A stretch of DNA of 64,000 nucleotides, taken from contig CM082576.2 in assembly GCA_040954595.2 (NCBI GenBank), forward strand, positions 544,648 to 608,647, written 5' to 3'. The translations under genes were made by a program, and so were the position numbers. Below the pieces are notes generated by a model. It was not told the origin of the DNA, did no database searches, and saw only the letters and a list, made by a program, of their open reading frames with translations. How positions within the stretch are numbered: position 1 is the first letter of the stretch; each line of letters starts with the position of its first letter. Of the stretch, positions 11,901 through 25,375 are shown in pieces. This DNA comes from Balanoglossus misakiensis. Lineage: Eukaryota > Animalia > Hemichordata.

Positions 11901-14824
11901 CTTGGATAGGGACATGCCCCGCTCGTTATCTCCACAAAAGAAAACAATTTCCACCGACTGTGACACGCGGAATATCGCTTCTCTTTTTTTTCTTCCCGCT
12001 CAAACTACTGGCAAACTTCCCATTAATCACGACTCACGACTTAAAGAGTTTCGCACTGAGTCTTCAACACAAACGCCAAACAGAAACCGAGTCGGTTTGT
12101 ACGTGTAGATAACACAGAACCCCGTCTATGGGATAACTCCTTTGGGGTTATTTTTTCTCTCTCAAACTTTTTACCTTCTTTTTGGCGCTGGATCTAGAAG
12201 CTTTGGGCATTTTGGCACGTCGTTCAGGTGTCAGTGAAAGTACTCCCCCATGCTGTGGATCGTTCCTGACGAACGCTGTCAATCAAAAAGTTTTAAGAAT
12301 AACGTGTAATCGTGTGAACGAAAAATTCACACCATCATCAGCTAGTGGAAGGCAAAGAATAGAAAGAGTGTTAGAGAGAGTTGCCACTTTCAATAAGAAA
12401 CATACACACCTAATATTCCTTTCGCAATGCCTTTCTTCCCCCGTCAACAGCTCTTATTTACTAATTGATCTGCTATTTGTTTTTTCTGAAGCAACTGTTA
12501 ATAGCGCTGTTTATTTTGCGTTTTAACGCGTAGAGTGCATCCCTCGCCCCCTTTTCACAGAAATGCTACTGTTTGTTTTGAGTTTTAGTCTAATGAGTGT
12601 GTCTTGAAGTCGGAATTGCAACTTGCAACTACCATTCCACACAACCGTCAAGTGTATACCGTCCATCTTTGACGAAGAGATCGCCACACCTTCCGTGCTG
12701 AGATTGAACGATTACAGCATCGAAAGTGGAACGGCTTTGCCAAGTGTGAAAATATTGTCATACAGGCATCTTAATTCGGTTGGCATTCTCATGACGAGAG
12801 TCGTCCCCTAAACCAGAACCAATCTCCCATGTCCTTTTAACGGGCACATATGCACATTGGGAGAACATTACACGCACATAGCCTCCGTTCAGTCACAACT
12901 CGCCTTGTATGTGACCCCACAACACTGCCGTACAATTAGATCATATCACTATCAAACGACAAGGACTTCAATACAACAGGTACACACAACGCATAGGCGT
13001 ATTATCTTGGCTTGCAGATAATACCGGTGTGTTAACAATCCGTTTTGACCAATATGATTGACTTGTCTGAACGCGTGTGCCTACGTCACAGATGAATAGA
13101 TATGAATCATGCCGAAAGTTTCTGACAATTCGCTGATTATAAGAACTCGCGGATACTTTCTCCCATACTTTGTTTGCGATGCCATTTTTCTCAAATGATG
13201 TAAAATTGAAGGAAATCGTGACGGTATAGTGTCAGGGACATATGTTTTTTCGCACTAGGCTGCAAGATTGATGGCGAAGGCAAACATACAAAGTAAAGAT
13301 TTGCACAACGTATAGGCGGCAAACGTGCACAGTTACAGTGCGTACCAGGCGAAAAAATATATATCTGGATCAATTCTTTTGTGGAATCTTTGAGTAACTG
13401 CGGGGAGTTTCAGAACTATCGAAGTTTTACAAAAACTTAAACGGTGAGACAATGCAAGCGTTTAAACCATTCACACCGCCATTAGCGCGTACACAAAACC
13501 TCAGTGCATTACTCATAAATATTAAAAAACTTTTGCCGATAATTGACGTTGTCCATTCAGTCTTGTAAACAAAGAAATTAGTAGTGAATCAGTCGCTGAT
13601 TAAAACAACTCTGAGCAGCTAATCATCTCCGTCGATCGATCTAACACCTTCTATCCTCCTCTTGACACTTTCACATTCTTTCCTATTCCTCCCCTTTTCG
13701 AGTGCTTCATCGGAAGTTTCACCTTCAAGTTGCTTCATTAACGCTTTCCTTCACCTTGTGAGATAAACTCTACATATTTCACACGCTTTAACCGAGGAGG
13801 AAAGCCTTGTTTTCAGCGAGTGTTATGCCACACACAGTACACCCAAGGAAAATTCGAGACTAGTACACTAGATAATACACGTCAGCCATAGCGCGTATAC
13901 GTTTAACGTACATAAGCACACGTACACGTGGGTACTAAAGTTTGTATATTTTCAGGGGAACGCAGCTATGGCTTCATATCCCTCTTTTCCTAAGCTACTC
14001 AGGGAAAAGGTCCCCCTTTCTGGACCAATCATAAAGACCCTAATTCCCATTTAAACGCCTTTTGAAGGGTCTATGCAGTGTAAGCCTCACAAAACACCTC
14101 AACTAAACGCTTTGCTTTGCAAGGCGACGAGACGAGGCCGTATTGTCTCTCTTTGTCTTGCCTACAACACACCAAACGAGGCGGTCAATAGAAATTAACA
14201 AATTACACTGACCGAAAAGTAAGATTGACATGGTCTAAGACGTAATATACATATGAGTTTCACTCAATCAAGTGAATCTTGACTCTGGAGTGGCGATACA
14301 GTAGGTGTGCGTCCACACTTGGGTCTGGCAGAGTTGGATGGTGCTCTCTTACAGCGGCAATGGTGTCAATTATGGACCCGCTTTGGCGAACTTCTCTGCA
14401 AAGCATGGAATTGTACGAACGCGGCCTACACAGGTATTTATCACCTTTGTCTATTCATCTCTTAAACTTCTTTCGCCCGTGTTTTGTGTCGTTTGAATAC
14501 AGCGATTCAGAGATTCACACCTCGGCCATACAATTGGCAAATTACGTCTGATTGGGCAGTTTTCCTGGGGGTTACTCAACAATGCAACCCGCATTGATAG
14601 CCCCTTTGGAAAAAAGAGAGAGAAAAAAACGCTTAGTGACATTTCTCGCCGGGTGTAAAACCAAAAACACTTTCACTGAAAAAATAAGAGGGAAGAGGGA
14701 TGGGAAACGCCCCGTCAAGTAAGGTACCACCGACATGAAAAATTAATGTGGACAAACTGTCAACGAACGAAATCATTATCCTAGGCGTAATTGATTCTTG
14801 TGTCAAATATGTCAGACCCTGGCA

Positions 14825-14955
14825 TTTCACCAATCAATGGCCTCCTATTCATGCCAAGCATAGTGTTTGGTACTTGAGTAACGGAGCCACGCCTCCCATT
14901 CCCAATCACGATAGACCCCCACCATAAGCAAATGCCGGGGCTTATATCTATGACT
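14825..14955 (+). promoter_or_regulatory. Putative Nkx2.1 proximal promoter
   Basis: CCAAT boxes near 14830 and 14902, an NK2-type site TACTTGAG at 14871-14878 and a TATA-like CTTATATC at 14941, about 190-310 bp upstream of the ATG. TSS not determined. Confidence 0.45.
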
Positions 14956-15135
14956 GGTGTTGCGTATCCCAGCATGCAGTGCGGCTCCTGCCAAATATAC
15001 TCATTACATGCATTCACAGATACGTACAGCCAGCCCACACACAAGCCTTTGCACACACAAAAAGGGGAAGAGCTGAGCTAACATAACAGCCGCCTTGATC
15101 CGATCGGCAAATTTACCTGAGCCTGCGACCACGTC

Positions 15136-15520
15136 ATGTCGCTGAGCCCTAAGCATACCACACCATTCTCAGTGACAGATATATTGAACACTATGGAAGA
15201 CGCATATAAGAAACCCATGTTTCTGGACGATACATATAAGAAACCCATGCTTGAAGCTAACGCTAATCTCTCTGCCATGACCGGCGCTGCCGCTACTTAC
15301 AGATCCCAGCAAGTCCAGGTATCGCAGTCCATGCAGCATTCCTCGATGAACGTAACTCCAGTAACTTCACCCTACCACATGCACGTACCGCAGTTATCGC
15401 ACCCACCGATTGGCAACCCTTATTGCAATGGCTCGGTCAGCGAGCTGCCTCACTACAACGACCACGTACGGCCGACATCGAGCAGTTGGTACGGAGCCAA
15501 TCCGGATCCGCGCTTCTCCA
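15136..15520 (+). CDS. Nkx2.1: NK2.1 homeobox transcription factor, coding exon 1
   Basis: MSLSPKHTTPFSVTDIL is the TN/eh1 domain in its NK2.1 form. PYCNG and SSWYGANPDPRF are NK2.1-type motifs. Donor GTAAGT at 15521, phase 1. Confidence 0.96.
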
Positions 15521-16527
15521 GTAAGTATGCTTAAAATGAAGGATATTTCCGTATACTTAACTTCAATATGATTACCATACACCTGATTTGCGTGGCTCGT
15601 TCAGCTCCTCATGACGGCCCTCTCAATTTTCTACCTAACATCCCTGCCTCTCCGTCCTTCATTTTTGTCTGAAGCACGACTTTGCGTCAAATCACCGCGT
15701 TTTCAGACGGGCGCATCGAATTTGGATGCCCTGAAGTGGACAGTTCTTTTTCGATGAGCGCCGAAAATGGCTCGACGCTCTGCGTAATTTTTGTTCGCCC
15801 TTGATTGAGAGGAGTTCTCGTTGATTGTGTCGAGTACAGAGAGGTCTATCTTATCATTACTCACTGCCCTACTCATTAGATCATCCAACACTTCAATTTG
15901 TAGCTCAATAATTCATTTTTCGTTGTGAAAAAAACACAGAGGCGCACGTCCCTCAATCTGCGTATTCTCTGACAAAGGACGGCGTTTAGTTAGAACAGCC
16001 ACCCCTGACGGCACAATAATACTCAGAATTGCTCCAAGCCGTATTGCCAACACATAAACGCACTTCGATCTTCTCGCTCTCTCCAAAAAAAGGACCACTC
16101 ATTGACCAAAATACTCGTAGTAAACACTCATGGGCGAAGTTGTACCCCTTGCTTCCAATTCACGGCTTTTTGTTGTGTTGAATGCGCGTCTAACAAAGGT
16201 CAGTACTTGAGTACGAAGCCCTTGTGCGGCATGTGCGATGCGATAACATGTAGGGCTATCAGACTCTTACGGCGAACCTTTATTGTACTCATCGCTAGGG
16301 TTCAAACTTTAGTGACGTGCCACACTGCATCAAAAAAGTAAACATGCAGAGCGGAGACAGAATTGCTGCGATACCGATGAAGTCAGTCGAGTCGAGTCCA
16401 AGTCCAAATTAGCCAGTACTTGACAATTAAGATTCCTATTTGGTTATGTGTATTACAGTACACGCAACGCTTTAAATAATTGTTTTGATCAAATACTATT
16501 AACTGTCTCATTTGAACACTGTTGTAG
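15521..16527 (+). other. Nkx2.1 intron (1007 nt, GT-AG, phase 1)
   Basis: GTAAGT...TTGTAG. Joining restores PDPRFS-I-SRLM, comparable to vertebrate PDPRFPAISRFM. The acceptor has a weak pyrimidine tract but is the only nearby AG that keeps the frame. Confidence 0.85.
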
Positions 16528-17279
16528 TTTCGAGGCTAATGGCTCCTTCAACGGCGACGATGAACATGAACATGAATATGTCTTACGGAATGGACCACAA
16601 ACCAATGCTGCCAACTGTTCAGAGGCGGAAAAGGAGGGTTCTCTTTTCGCAAGCACAAGTTTATGAACTCGAAAGACGGTTCAAGCAGCAAAAATATCTG
16701 TCTGCGCCCGAAAGGGAGCATCTGGCCAGCTTGATAAACCTTACGCCGACACAGGTGAAAATTTGGTTTCAGAACCACCGCTACAAAATGAAGCGACAGC
16801 AAAAGGATAGGAGCATGTCGGAACAGAACAATGTGTCGCATCAATCTCCCCGCCGTGTTGCCGTCCCCGTGCTGGTGAAGGACGGCAAGCCCTGCAGTGG
16901 TTCCAGTAACGGCAACGGCAGCGGACAGCAGCAAACGCAGCAGCAAACACAGCAGCAGCCGCAAAACCAACAACAAGTTCAGCCAACAGCACAACAACAG
17001 CAGCAGCAGCAATCAAACATGGGCACTTCTACGCTTAATGCAGGCGCTGTGAATGCAGCCAATAACGCCAGCGTCACGCAAAGTAACCCCAACCCCACCA
17101 ATGCCAATAGTATATCCGCCATGTCGTCGGCAGCTCAACAACAAGGCAGCCAGGACTTATCGAACGTTGTTGCTGCCACTTCACAAATGAATAGTATAAA
17201 TAACATGAACAGCTATAACACCATGAATGGCAATAATAACATGACGGCTCCATTTTTACTACAAGGAAGGACATGGTGA
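16528..17279 (+). CDS. Nkx2.1: NK2.1 homeobox transcription factor, coding exon 2 (homeodomain, NK2-SD, polyQ, GRTW end)
   Basis: Homeodomain [59 protein letters not shown] with Tyr54, NK2-specific domain [17 protein letters not shown] and C-terminal GRTW*, all diagnostic of the NK2.1 (Nkx2-1/2-4, scarecrow) family. Confidence 0.97.
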
Positions 17280-18578
17280 GAGCATTCTTGCCAAACGGTC
17301 TGAGGACCGGAAAAAACCTGACAGCCTACCGATTTTGATTTTTAAAAACAAATTGACGCAACGTATGTGGACCGGTGCGTATACCAAGTTACACGAACCC
17401 CAACAAGCATGCAACGCATCGGATACAGAACGCAAAGAATCGAACACAATTGACTGTCTTAACTCAGCAAACTCTATGCTTCGTTGGCTTTCCACGTTTG
17501 GTGGAATGCGTTTGTAACTTTAAACTACCGGACTGATAACGGTCCACATAAACTCGTCAACTTTAACTAAAAGGAAGCCTATATCTCAAGCCGTGTACAT
17601 TGGACATCGACGCATTTGGGTTAGTATTCTTTCTATTGTGTACTAGATTTGTGGACTCATCCTCTCCACATCAGTCACTCACTCTGGTATCAGACTTTAT
17701 ATACTCACAGGACTGAAGACTTAAACATTAGTACTTAAATATCAGTTTTATTGTGGAGTCTATGACGCCATTTTGTGTCAGAGGAGGACTGTAAACACAG
17801 TATACAAAACAACGCAGGGAAAATAAGACTCACGTGTGTAAAACCCATTTCAATTTTCCTGTACAAAGCAATATGACAGGTTGTAAGGCTGTATCACAGT
17901 TAATTTTAGTTGTCACACACATTTGATATTTTCTATAAAAGTTATTCGTGTCGTTGTTATATGTGATGTCAGTGAAAAAACGAACATTGTTTTATATATT
18001 ACTGAACGTTTTTAAACTATCAGCCTAACAGGAGAGCCCTAAGTTATAAAAAATGTTATTCTAGTTTTGTTTTTGTTTAATGGCTGCTATAATCGACTCT
18101 ACCGTACTGTCGGTGTTGTTTAGTCTTTTTAAGTTAAAATTGCAGTGTCCGTTGCCTGTATTTAGGAGAAACCCAACCGTTTCGACAATTATGACTATTA
18201 TATTTTGTCTATTTGTGTTTTTCTCATGAATTTAGTATTTCACGGGTGTCCTCGCTCACAAAGTTCAAGGGGACCTGCAAATATTTGTGCTGTATAATCT
18301 AGTCAATGGTCAGTGTTTCGAATGTGACGCCTCTAGGATATGATTGTTATACATCATAATAGTTTTGTCTCGTCTGTGGAGTTCCTTATAAAAAGTTTAA
18401 AAAAAAAATCTCACACTGCAAGGGGAAGTTATCATTCCTAGTTCATGATGGGAAATTACAGACTTGCAATGTTAATTTTTTTCGAGGGCTCTAATCTCGC
18501 TCACCTATTCACCTTTGTTGTGTATTCTCAACGTTTCAAAATGATGAACATTTCAATGGATAACTAGATAGTGTTTTC

Positions 18579-18584
18579 AATAAA
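18579..18584 (+). terminator. Candidate Nkx2.1 polyadenylation signal
   Basis: First canonical AATAAA I found after the stop codon, with a T/GT-rich stretch at about 18635-18652. Implies a 3' UTR of about 1.3 kb. Confidence 0.4.
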
Positions 18585-21500
18585 TTGTGACGGACAGTAG
18601 AGGTCAAAGCTATATCTCGTTCTCGATCTATCTCCTTTTGTTGTTACTTTATTCCCTCGATGTTTAAGCCCGGACCTCAACCAGTCACCAAGATTATGTT
18701 TTTTGTTTTGTTTTTCGACCACCTGATAGATCGATACGATCTGGCCATAACGGTGTCGGCCCTCCCCTGTAAACACTTTGACAACCTGTGTTTGTCTATT
18801 CATTCGGGTTAGGTTTGAAAAGTAAACAAGAAAATAGTTTTCTCTTGAAATCTGGCGGTATAGGAGTCGATTTTCCCCTCTGTCATGTGACGAGGCAATG
18901 GGTGCGGAGTGCGTGGTCTAAAGTTCTCGATTCTTGATCAACCTATGGGCGTTAACTAGCTGGACTTCAGGGGGCTTCATCCTACCCACTATCCACATTG
19001 ACCCCAGTGCCCCCACACGACTGACCACTAAATGAGTAGGGACAGATTGCCACCGGATGGAGGCCATGCACCCAAAGGCAGACTTATTATTTTATTACTT
19101 TCCCTTGCTGACTTGCTGGCTGTGTCATATTTTAACACGGGCCATATTTCAGATGTGAACATATTTGCGATACCATAACGACCGGGATTTATCGGGTTGT
19201 TATTTGCTTGCTCTCGTTTTGTCTCTCTTCCGATGCCATGCAATCCTCGACGACTGAAGTCATAAACACTTCCAACAGATCACAGCGGACTTGAAAAAAG
19301 GCACGTTCGAGGCTGACGGAGGCCCAATTCCTCACCGTGGTGTTATCACCAAAGACATCGCACCTTCCGCTCCGAATCCTACCTTCCTATTCGATCTCTA
19401 GTGTCGTTTTTACAAACCTCCTTGGTTGTTTGTTCTTGTATCGCTTTAATCCGGAACTAATACCTCACTTATTTATTTACTTTTCTCTCATTTTAAATTT
19501 TTGGATCAATTTTGACCACGAAATCTGCATCCTAATATTTGTTCGATCCATCCACCGTCACCAAAGGAATCTTCCTTGGTTGTCATATTTATTTACCTCG
19601 ACGAGTCCACGCCATTATTAGTGGTCGAGCTGATTTGATTTCGGCGGGAAACACTGTCCTCTGTCTTTTTGCCAGCGAATTTTACAAAATGACGATCGGG
19701 TTTCATCAAGTTATATATGTAAATACTCCATTATGAAGAGCTGCCTTCCGTACAAGAATACAACCAGTACTCGGGGGCACAGCAAGAAAGTGAGTCTGAA
19801 ATTGCCACCAGGTGACAGAGACGTCTCAAACAAAAGGATATAAACAACATTACGGCGACACGACAACGGGGCATGTACTGTGCTGTAACCCACATTTTCC
19901 CCTGCTACTCTGAAAAATTCTGAAGTGCAGCTCATTGAATTGAAAAACACAACAGAAAATATGACCTGTGGTTTTAAACATTTATTAATTTTGCAGTGAG
20001 GATTTACACGACCGGTGTTAAGCTTATCTCAACGGCGAGCACGAGGTCGCTTTTAATAGAGAGTTTTGTCTTAATTTCGTTGATGAAATCCGATCCAGAC
20101 TGGGTCTGTGAGTTTCCATTATAATAAGAAATGAGGGAACAATATCGTCCCTTTCCCCCTTTCTGCGGTACATTCCGGGTTTTTCAAAACGTGAATATAT
20201 TATTGTGTGGAGGCTTTGCCTTTCCAGAAGGACTAACACTCATTCCGATGATTACCATGAATAATTGAAAAGACTCGTGTTTAGTAAGACAGGTTTTCGG
20301 GGCTTGGAAATAGAAAGGGAAAAAATCACGGATCCCGAATGATACATGGGAAACCGCGATTGCAGCAATGGCGACCATGCCAAATTAATCTCAGCGTAAA
20401 TTAGCACGATTGGGAGGTGAATGTCGCTGCTTATGGAATATGGCAGCCTCACCCGTTCGCTCGCTCGTTTGCTGCTTTATTAAAATCTAGTCCGATTCCA
20501 TCCAATTTTCTTACAATTTGGAGCCTATAATCTATTCGCACCGACACGAGATATAATTTAAATTCATCGGGAAACATCTCAATGCACAGTAGTGTTCAGA
20601 CCCAAAATCTGTACACATGCACAATTTGATTTTTTTGAAATATTCACATGTCATCATCTCAAAGCGACACGTCTTGTTCGTTTTCTTGTTAAATGTTCGC
20701 CAATTTCAAAGTCGATAAAATTGAAATTTTATTGACGTATGAGTTGAAAATTATCCGCTAAGATGCATTTCACCTAGGCATGTACATGTCGATTGCAGTT
20801 TCGGTCTTAGACTGGTACAGCCTTCCATCATTAAACACATCCCGATACAATTGCCGTTCGCTTCATCTTTTGCAACTTTACAGTTTTTATCTTGTTTTTC
20901 CAATGTAGGAATGGCTTGGCAGAAAACCATGTAAGACCTCTCTTACTTTTTTCTCTTCCAACATTGAAATACACGTCAGGGTTTTCTCTTTGACCCCTGT
21001 GTGTTGAATCGTCTGTTTATGTATTCGTTGTCAAATTTGCTCAGATCACTCGGTAACATGTTCATTTCCAGGCTGTTGGGTTTTTCATTTCTACGTGTCC
21101 ATTTCACCCTAAATCCTAAGGCTGCTCACCATGGCCACGGTTTTATTTTGTTGTTAATACCACCCTTTCAAATGGCGACTTTCCCCCTAAAAAAGATTAA
21201 TGCACAACAAGATATCATCCGATCACGGGGTTCCTTGTCGTGAATACAGTGAGAGATAGTGAAAAGGGAAAGCCGGTCCAAAAACCCACGTTTCTCACAC
21301 GACTTCATTAATATTTGACCAGATGATGCTGCAAGTCTTACTTAAATTTGTATGAACAGACGACATTTGCCACACTGTGAGCTTTCACTGCTTTAACCTG
21401 TCAGAGAATGGACACAAGATAAGTCTACATTTCATAGAAAGAGAGAGTGAGCGAGAGAAATCACGACACGGCTGACTCTCCATTGAGCGGAGCCCACTGT

Positions 21501-24500
21501 AGATACATTCGGCTCACACTCTCACTTGTTATTTACAGTGGCAAATCGTCTGCTTTCGTTGTCTTGAACGTTGCTCCGGGTGAAATTCTTTTCAAAAGCG
21601 TGAACTGAATACGCTTTCTATCCATTCGCTAGAAATTGTCATTTTTGTCAGATAAAAGGCAATCTTCATACTCATGGTCGTTTCATTGATTTTTGAAGTT
21701 TGGAGCAATAGTGCCCAAGCAGTGTGATAGCCCCTTCGGGCGCAGTGTAATCGTGCGATTTGCTTTATTTTGGAGATCTGACTTTGCTTTCTCCGAATAG
21801 TGACATTGAAATGCGACGGCGTTTCATCACATTGATGAATTTCTATCAGTCGGAGACTTCTATGAAGACACGTTAAAAGGGAGCCACGTGAATAGATCGC
21901 CCGCCATGTTTTATTTAAGGCCAAATTAGCAGCAAACGAAATCTTAGATTTTTGGGGACAATAATGTGAAATTGAAATGGAATGTTTTAATCTACTCGAA
22001 CTCACCCACTAAATATTGACTATCGGGTGAAATTGATTCCACAGTGTACGTTTCAGAAGCATTGTTACGAAGAGGGCCTTCTTGAAAGTTTCATGACACA
22101 CCGTCCAATTCTCAAGGTGGTTGGTTTTTTTCTCACCTTAATCAATAAAATAACGCGTGCTGATTGCCTATGATCGTGGTGATATTTCGCCATTATTCGT
22201 CCGCATTTCCCTTGATATGTGACACCCTATACGAAATTCTTGGAGCGTGTGTCCTGTCGAAGCTACAGAAAACGTTGCAATGTCCGTTTTTTTCAGCTTC
22301 TTGCATGCATTTGTTCCGAATGCATGTGAAATGTTAATTTGGTGAATGACTACAAGCAGGTCCCATGGTTTTGAATGAGAGTGTAAACGGGTGCACACGT
22401 AACGCTTTGTTAGGCCTCGTCCACCAACAAGAAAATAAAAAGAAATTAAATTAAGGAATTTGATAATTTTAAAGTTGATGGTACCGGCATAGCTGATCCA
22501 AACATTGTATATCCAAATAAGCCCAGTGAATTCGCTTAGTTCTACAAGCAGACCATACCATGGATGACTAGGCGCTGAAGTGGGCAGCCTCAAAAACACA
22601 AAACAACTTGTGTCCGCTTTGACTTTCGGAACACGGAATCAGTGGGACCAGGGCTCGGTATAATTTTACACAAGCCGGGGCAGCATACGCTGTGTATATT
22701 GTTCTTCCTGACTCCTGTGAGTGTCAGATTCACCAAGTCTCCCCTCGAAATGATCGAAGCTCAGACATGCGTCCAATCTCAGCCAGTACATGCCAATAAC
22801 TTGTTCCACGTTTTGTCCTTGTATGAGGTTATTCCGTAAAAAAAACGAGAAAAAAATTACAGCCACCCTGGATCCTAGACATACCTTGAGGTGACATCTG
22901 TAATACCGATTCACAGTGGTTCGTCACAAAAGAAGCCAACATTTGTATTGTATTCTCGTCAGATTACGTTTCCGAGGCTGGAGGACACATCTAAGCCATC
23001 CGCCGTCGAGGTCAGCAACGCTACTGAAGCTATAGCACCCCTCCCCAAAATAAATATCATTCATATCAAACAAAGAATTCAAGAAATTTCCAATATTGTA
23101 CAAGTGAATATCCACGGCTATGCACAAGAGGCCGTTGCGATGACACTTACAATCAATCGAATTGGATAGGTTTTTATCTAATATTCTTATTTTAAGACCG
23201 CCTTTAATTATTTAGAAATCTATGCAAATACAGTGCTTTAGAACCAGAGGCATAAATCGCTTAATTTTTTATTCTCGGCGATTTATTTGAATGCAATTCT
23301 CACGTAGAAGCGATGGCAAAGCCTCGGTGTTCACTGTTTCTGAATCCGCAATGGATCGTTGACATGCGGCTTTCTCCGATACTAACTGCCTTCTTTCCCT
23401 GGTGATTAACACCCAAACCTGAACGACCGCGTCTGTCATTTGGCAGCTGAAATATCGTAAAATTGTTCATCTTTTGCACAAATAACAAGCGCTATTCTGT
23501 GGGTTTGTAATTCTGGCACGGAATCTCGTCGAGAGAAATTCGTAGAGTTATAATAGAGCCAACACCAACGGCTTTTCCCGTCTCCGGGCTAAGAATATCA
23601 TTAACGGTTTGGTCTGGGTGAAACCATTAGAATTGGCCCAATTTTAACACAAAACGCCATAACATGTCCTAATGAAAAATAGACCGTTTCGTCTTTGTTA
23701 AAAAGCCAAGGATACAGCCGTAAAGCGGATAAGATTTTACTATCAAATTGATTGCTGTAAACAACAGTATATCACAGGTCTACGGATGGCTTACGACTTT
23801 AATGACGTTTATGAGTCTGTTTGGCGGCATTGTACTTTTTAATTGGCTAATTAATCGAACCATATTTTATAGTGTTCGTCGAAAGAGAACAAGTATTTAG
23901 GGGAATGGTTAATAACCGGCTATTTGCTTGCGCCATTTTTGCACTTTTAACTTTCAGTGTTGTGTAGCGCTTGATCGTCGCCTTTTATCGACTAAAATAC
24001 GCATCGGCAGGTATGTTCTGATGGTTCGTATGGACAAAATCTCCAATGCACCTTACCGCTCGATTAGGTCAAATTCCCCGGTAAAATGGGTAAATTTTAA
24101 TTGAACCGAGGTCAAAACCGACGAATGTTTAGAGTTGAAAAGGTGTGAATGAACAGATTAGAGCTGGCCACACCTGCATACGACTGGTTTGGATTCCGGT
24201 TGCACTCGCCCGCGTTCGGCCACAGTCGGCTTTCCTATTTTTAAAAATAAACCTAGCTGACATGTATCGGAATTTTAGATCAAATAATTAAAAATAGTTT
24301 TATTCTTGTTACATTGACGTTTGGGATTGAATTGAACACGGTGGCCCAGGCTGTGTTTCACACCTTTGCCTGTATACCACATACAATGACGTGGAGTCCC
24401 TTATGTGAAAGAAACCATTTAATGAGTGGTATTACCAATGACAGCATTGTTGTCCAGGCTTTTTTCTGTTTGTTTGACTGAAGCGTACACTTTCGACATT

Positions 24501-25358
24501 GTGAAGTGAAGGTGGACTGTGAAAAGAAATCCTGCGAAAAGGGGGCCGGGTTTGCATCTGGCTTAAGCAAGTAAGCCGCCTTAAGTCAGTCAGGGGTGGG
24601 AGAGTGAAAAGTCTGCTAACAATGGGGAAGTGTCACTTATTGGAGCATGATTTACCTGGCCAATTGGATGCTGACGGCAACCCTGGCCCTGTGATTTACG
24701 GTGATTTCGGACGACGCAAAGCCTCACCTTGGAGTCCGGCGCCGACACTGTTTACGATTCGCGGCGACTACTGAGTGAAAGTAAAATTTGTCTTCGGAAA
24801 ACATCATCAAGTCAGGTTTTGTGGCTCCGACTTCACAAGCGGATTCCACGGTAGAGCAAGAATTAAGTGACCGCGTGCGCTGCGAATAAGAACAACGGAA
24901 ACACTGGCCCGTCCCAAGTACTTTACAACTCAAAATATTTTATCAAGCCTGGCCTCACTTCGCTGACACCACGCCAATGTAATGACCCACTGCTAAGTAT
25001 TAATGTAGAACAAACTATGCTTGACACCTTTGAAAAGCCATCGACCCACTCTAAACGAGCTCTCCATAGAACTTAGGCGAGTTCATAGCAGGACATCTCC
25101 AACAATACGCCTTTCCGGATGTTTTTGTATCCCGGTGATGTTGGATGGGCCTCTTATTTGCTTTGGCTAGGGTTTCAGTCGGCTGTTGCAAAAATGAAAA
25201 TACCATTAAAAACAGTATTTGCGCTAAGCCGTAAAAATGCACGTATCCTCAGCCATATTAAAACCATATTCTCGAAAGGGAAAGCGGCTAGATTACACCG
25301 GCAAATCTGACTTGGGTCACATGACAGACTCGCTCCAAATCGAGGCTCTCCACAAACG

Positions 25359-25375
25359 CCCCCCCCCCCCCCCCC
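25359..25375. repeat. Poly-C run (17 nt)
   Basis: Directly visible. Confidence 0.9.

Noticed and set aside
16512-16527. ORF-track start (TTG, MNTVV) for the homeodomain ORF
   Set aside because: Intronic. The exon begins after the AG at 16526-16527 and splices to exon 1.
16548-17016. Antisense ORFs of 154 and 91 aa over Nkx2.1 exon 2
   Set aside because: Shadow frames of the Gln/Ala-rich sense CDS.
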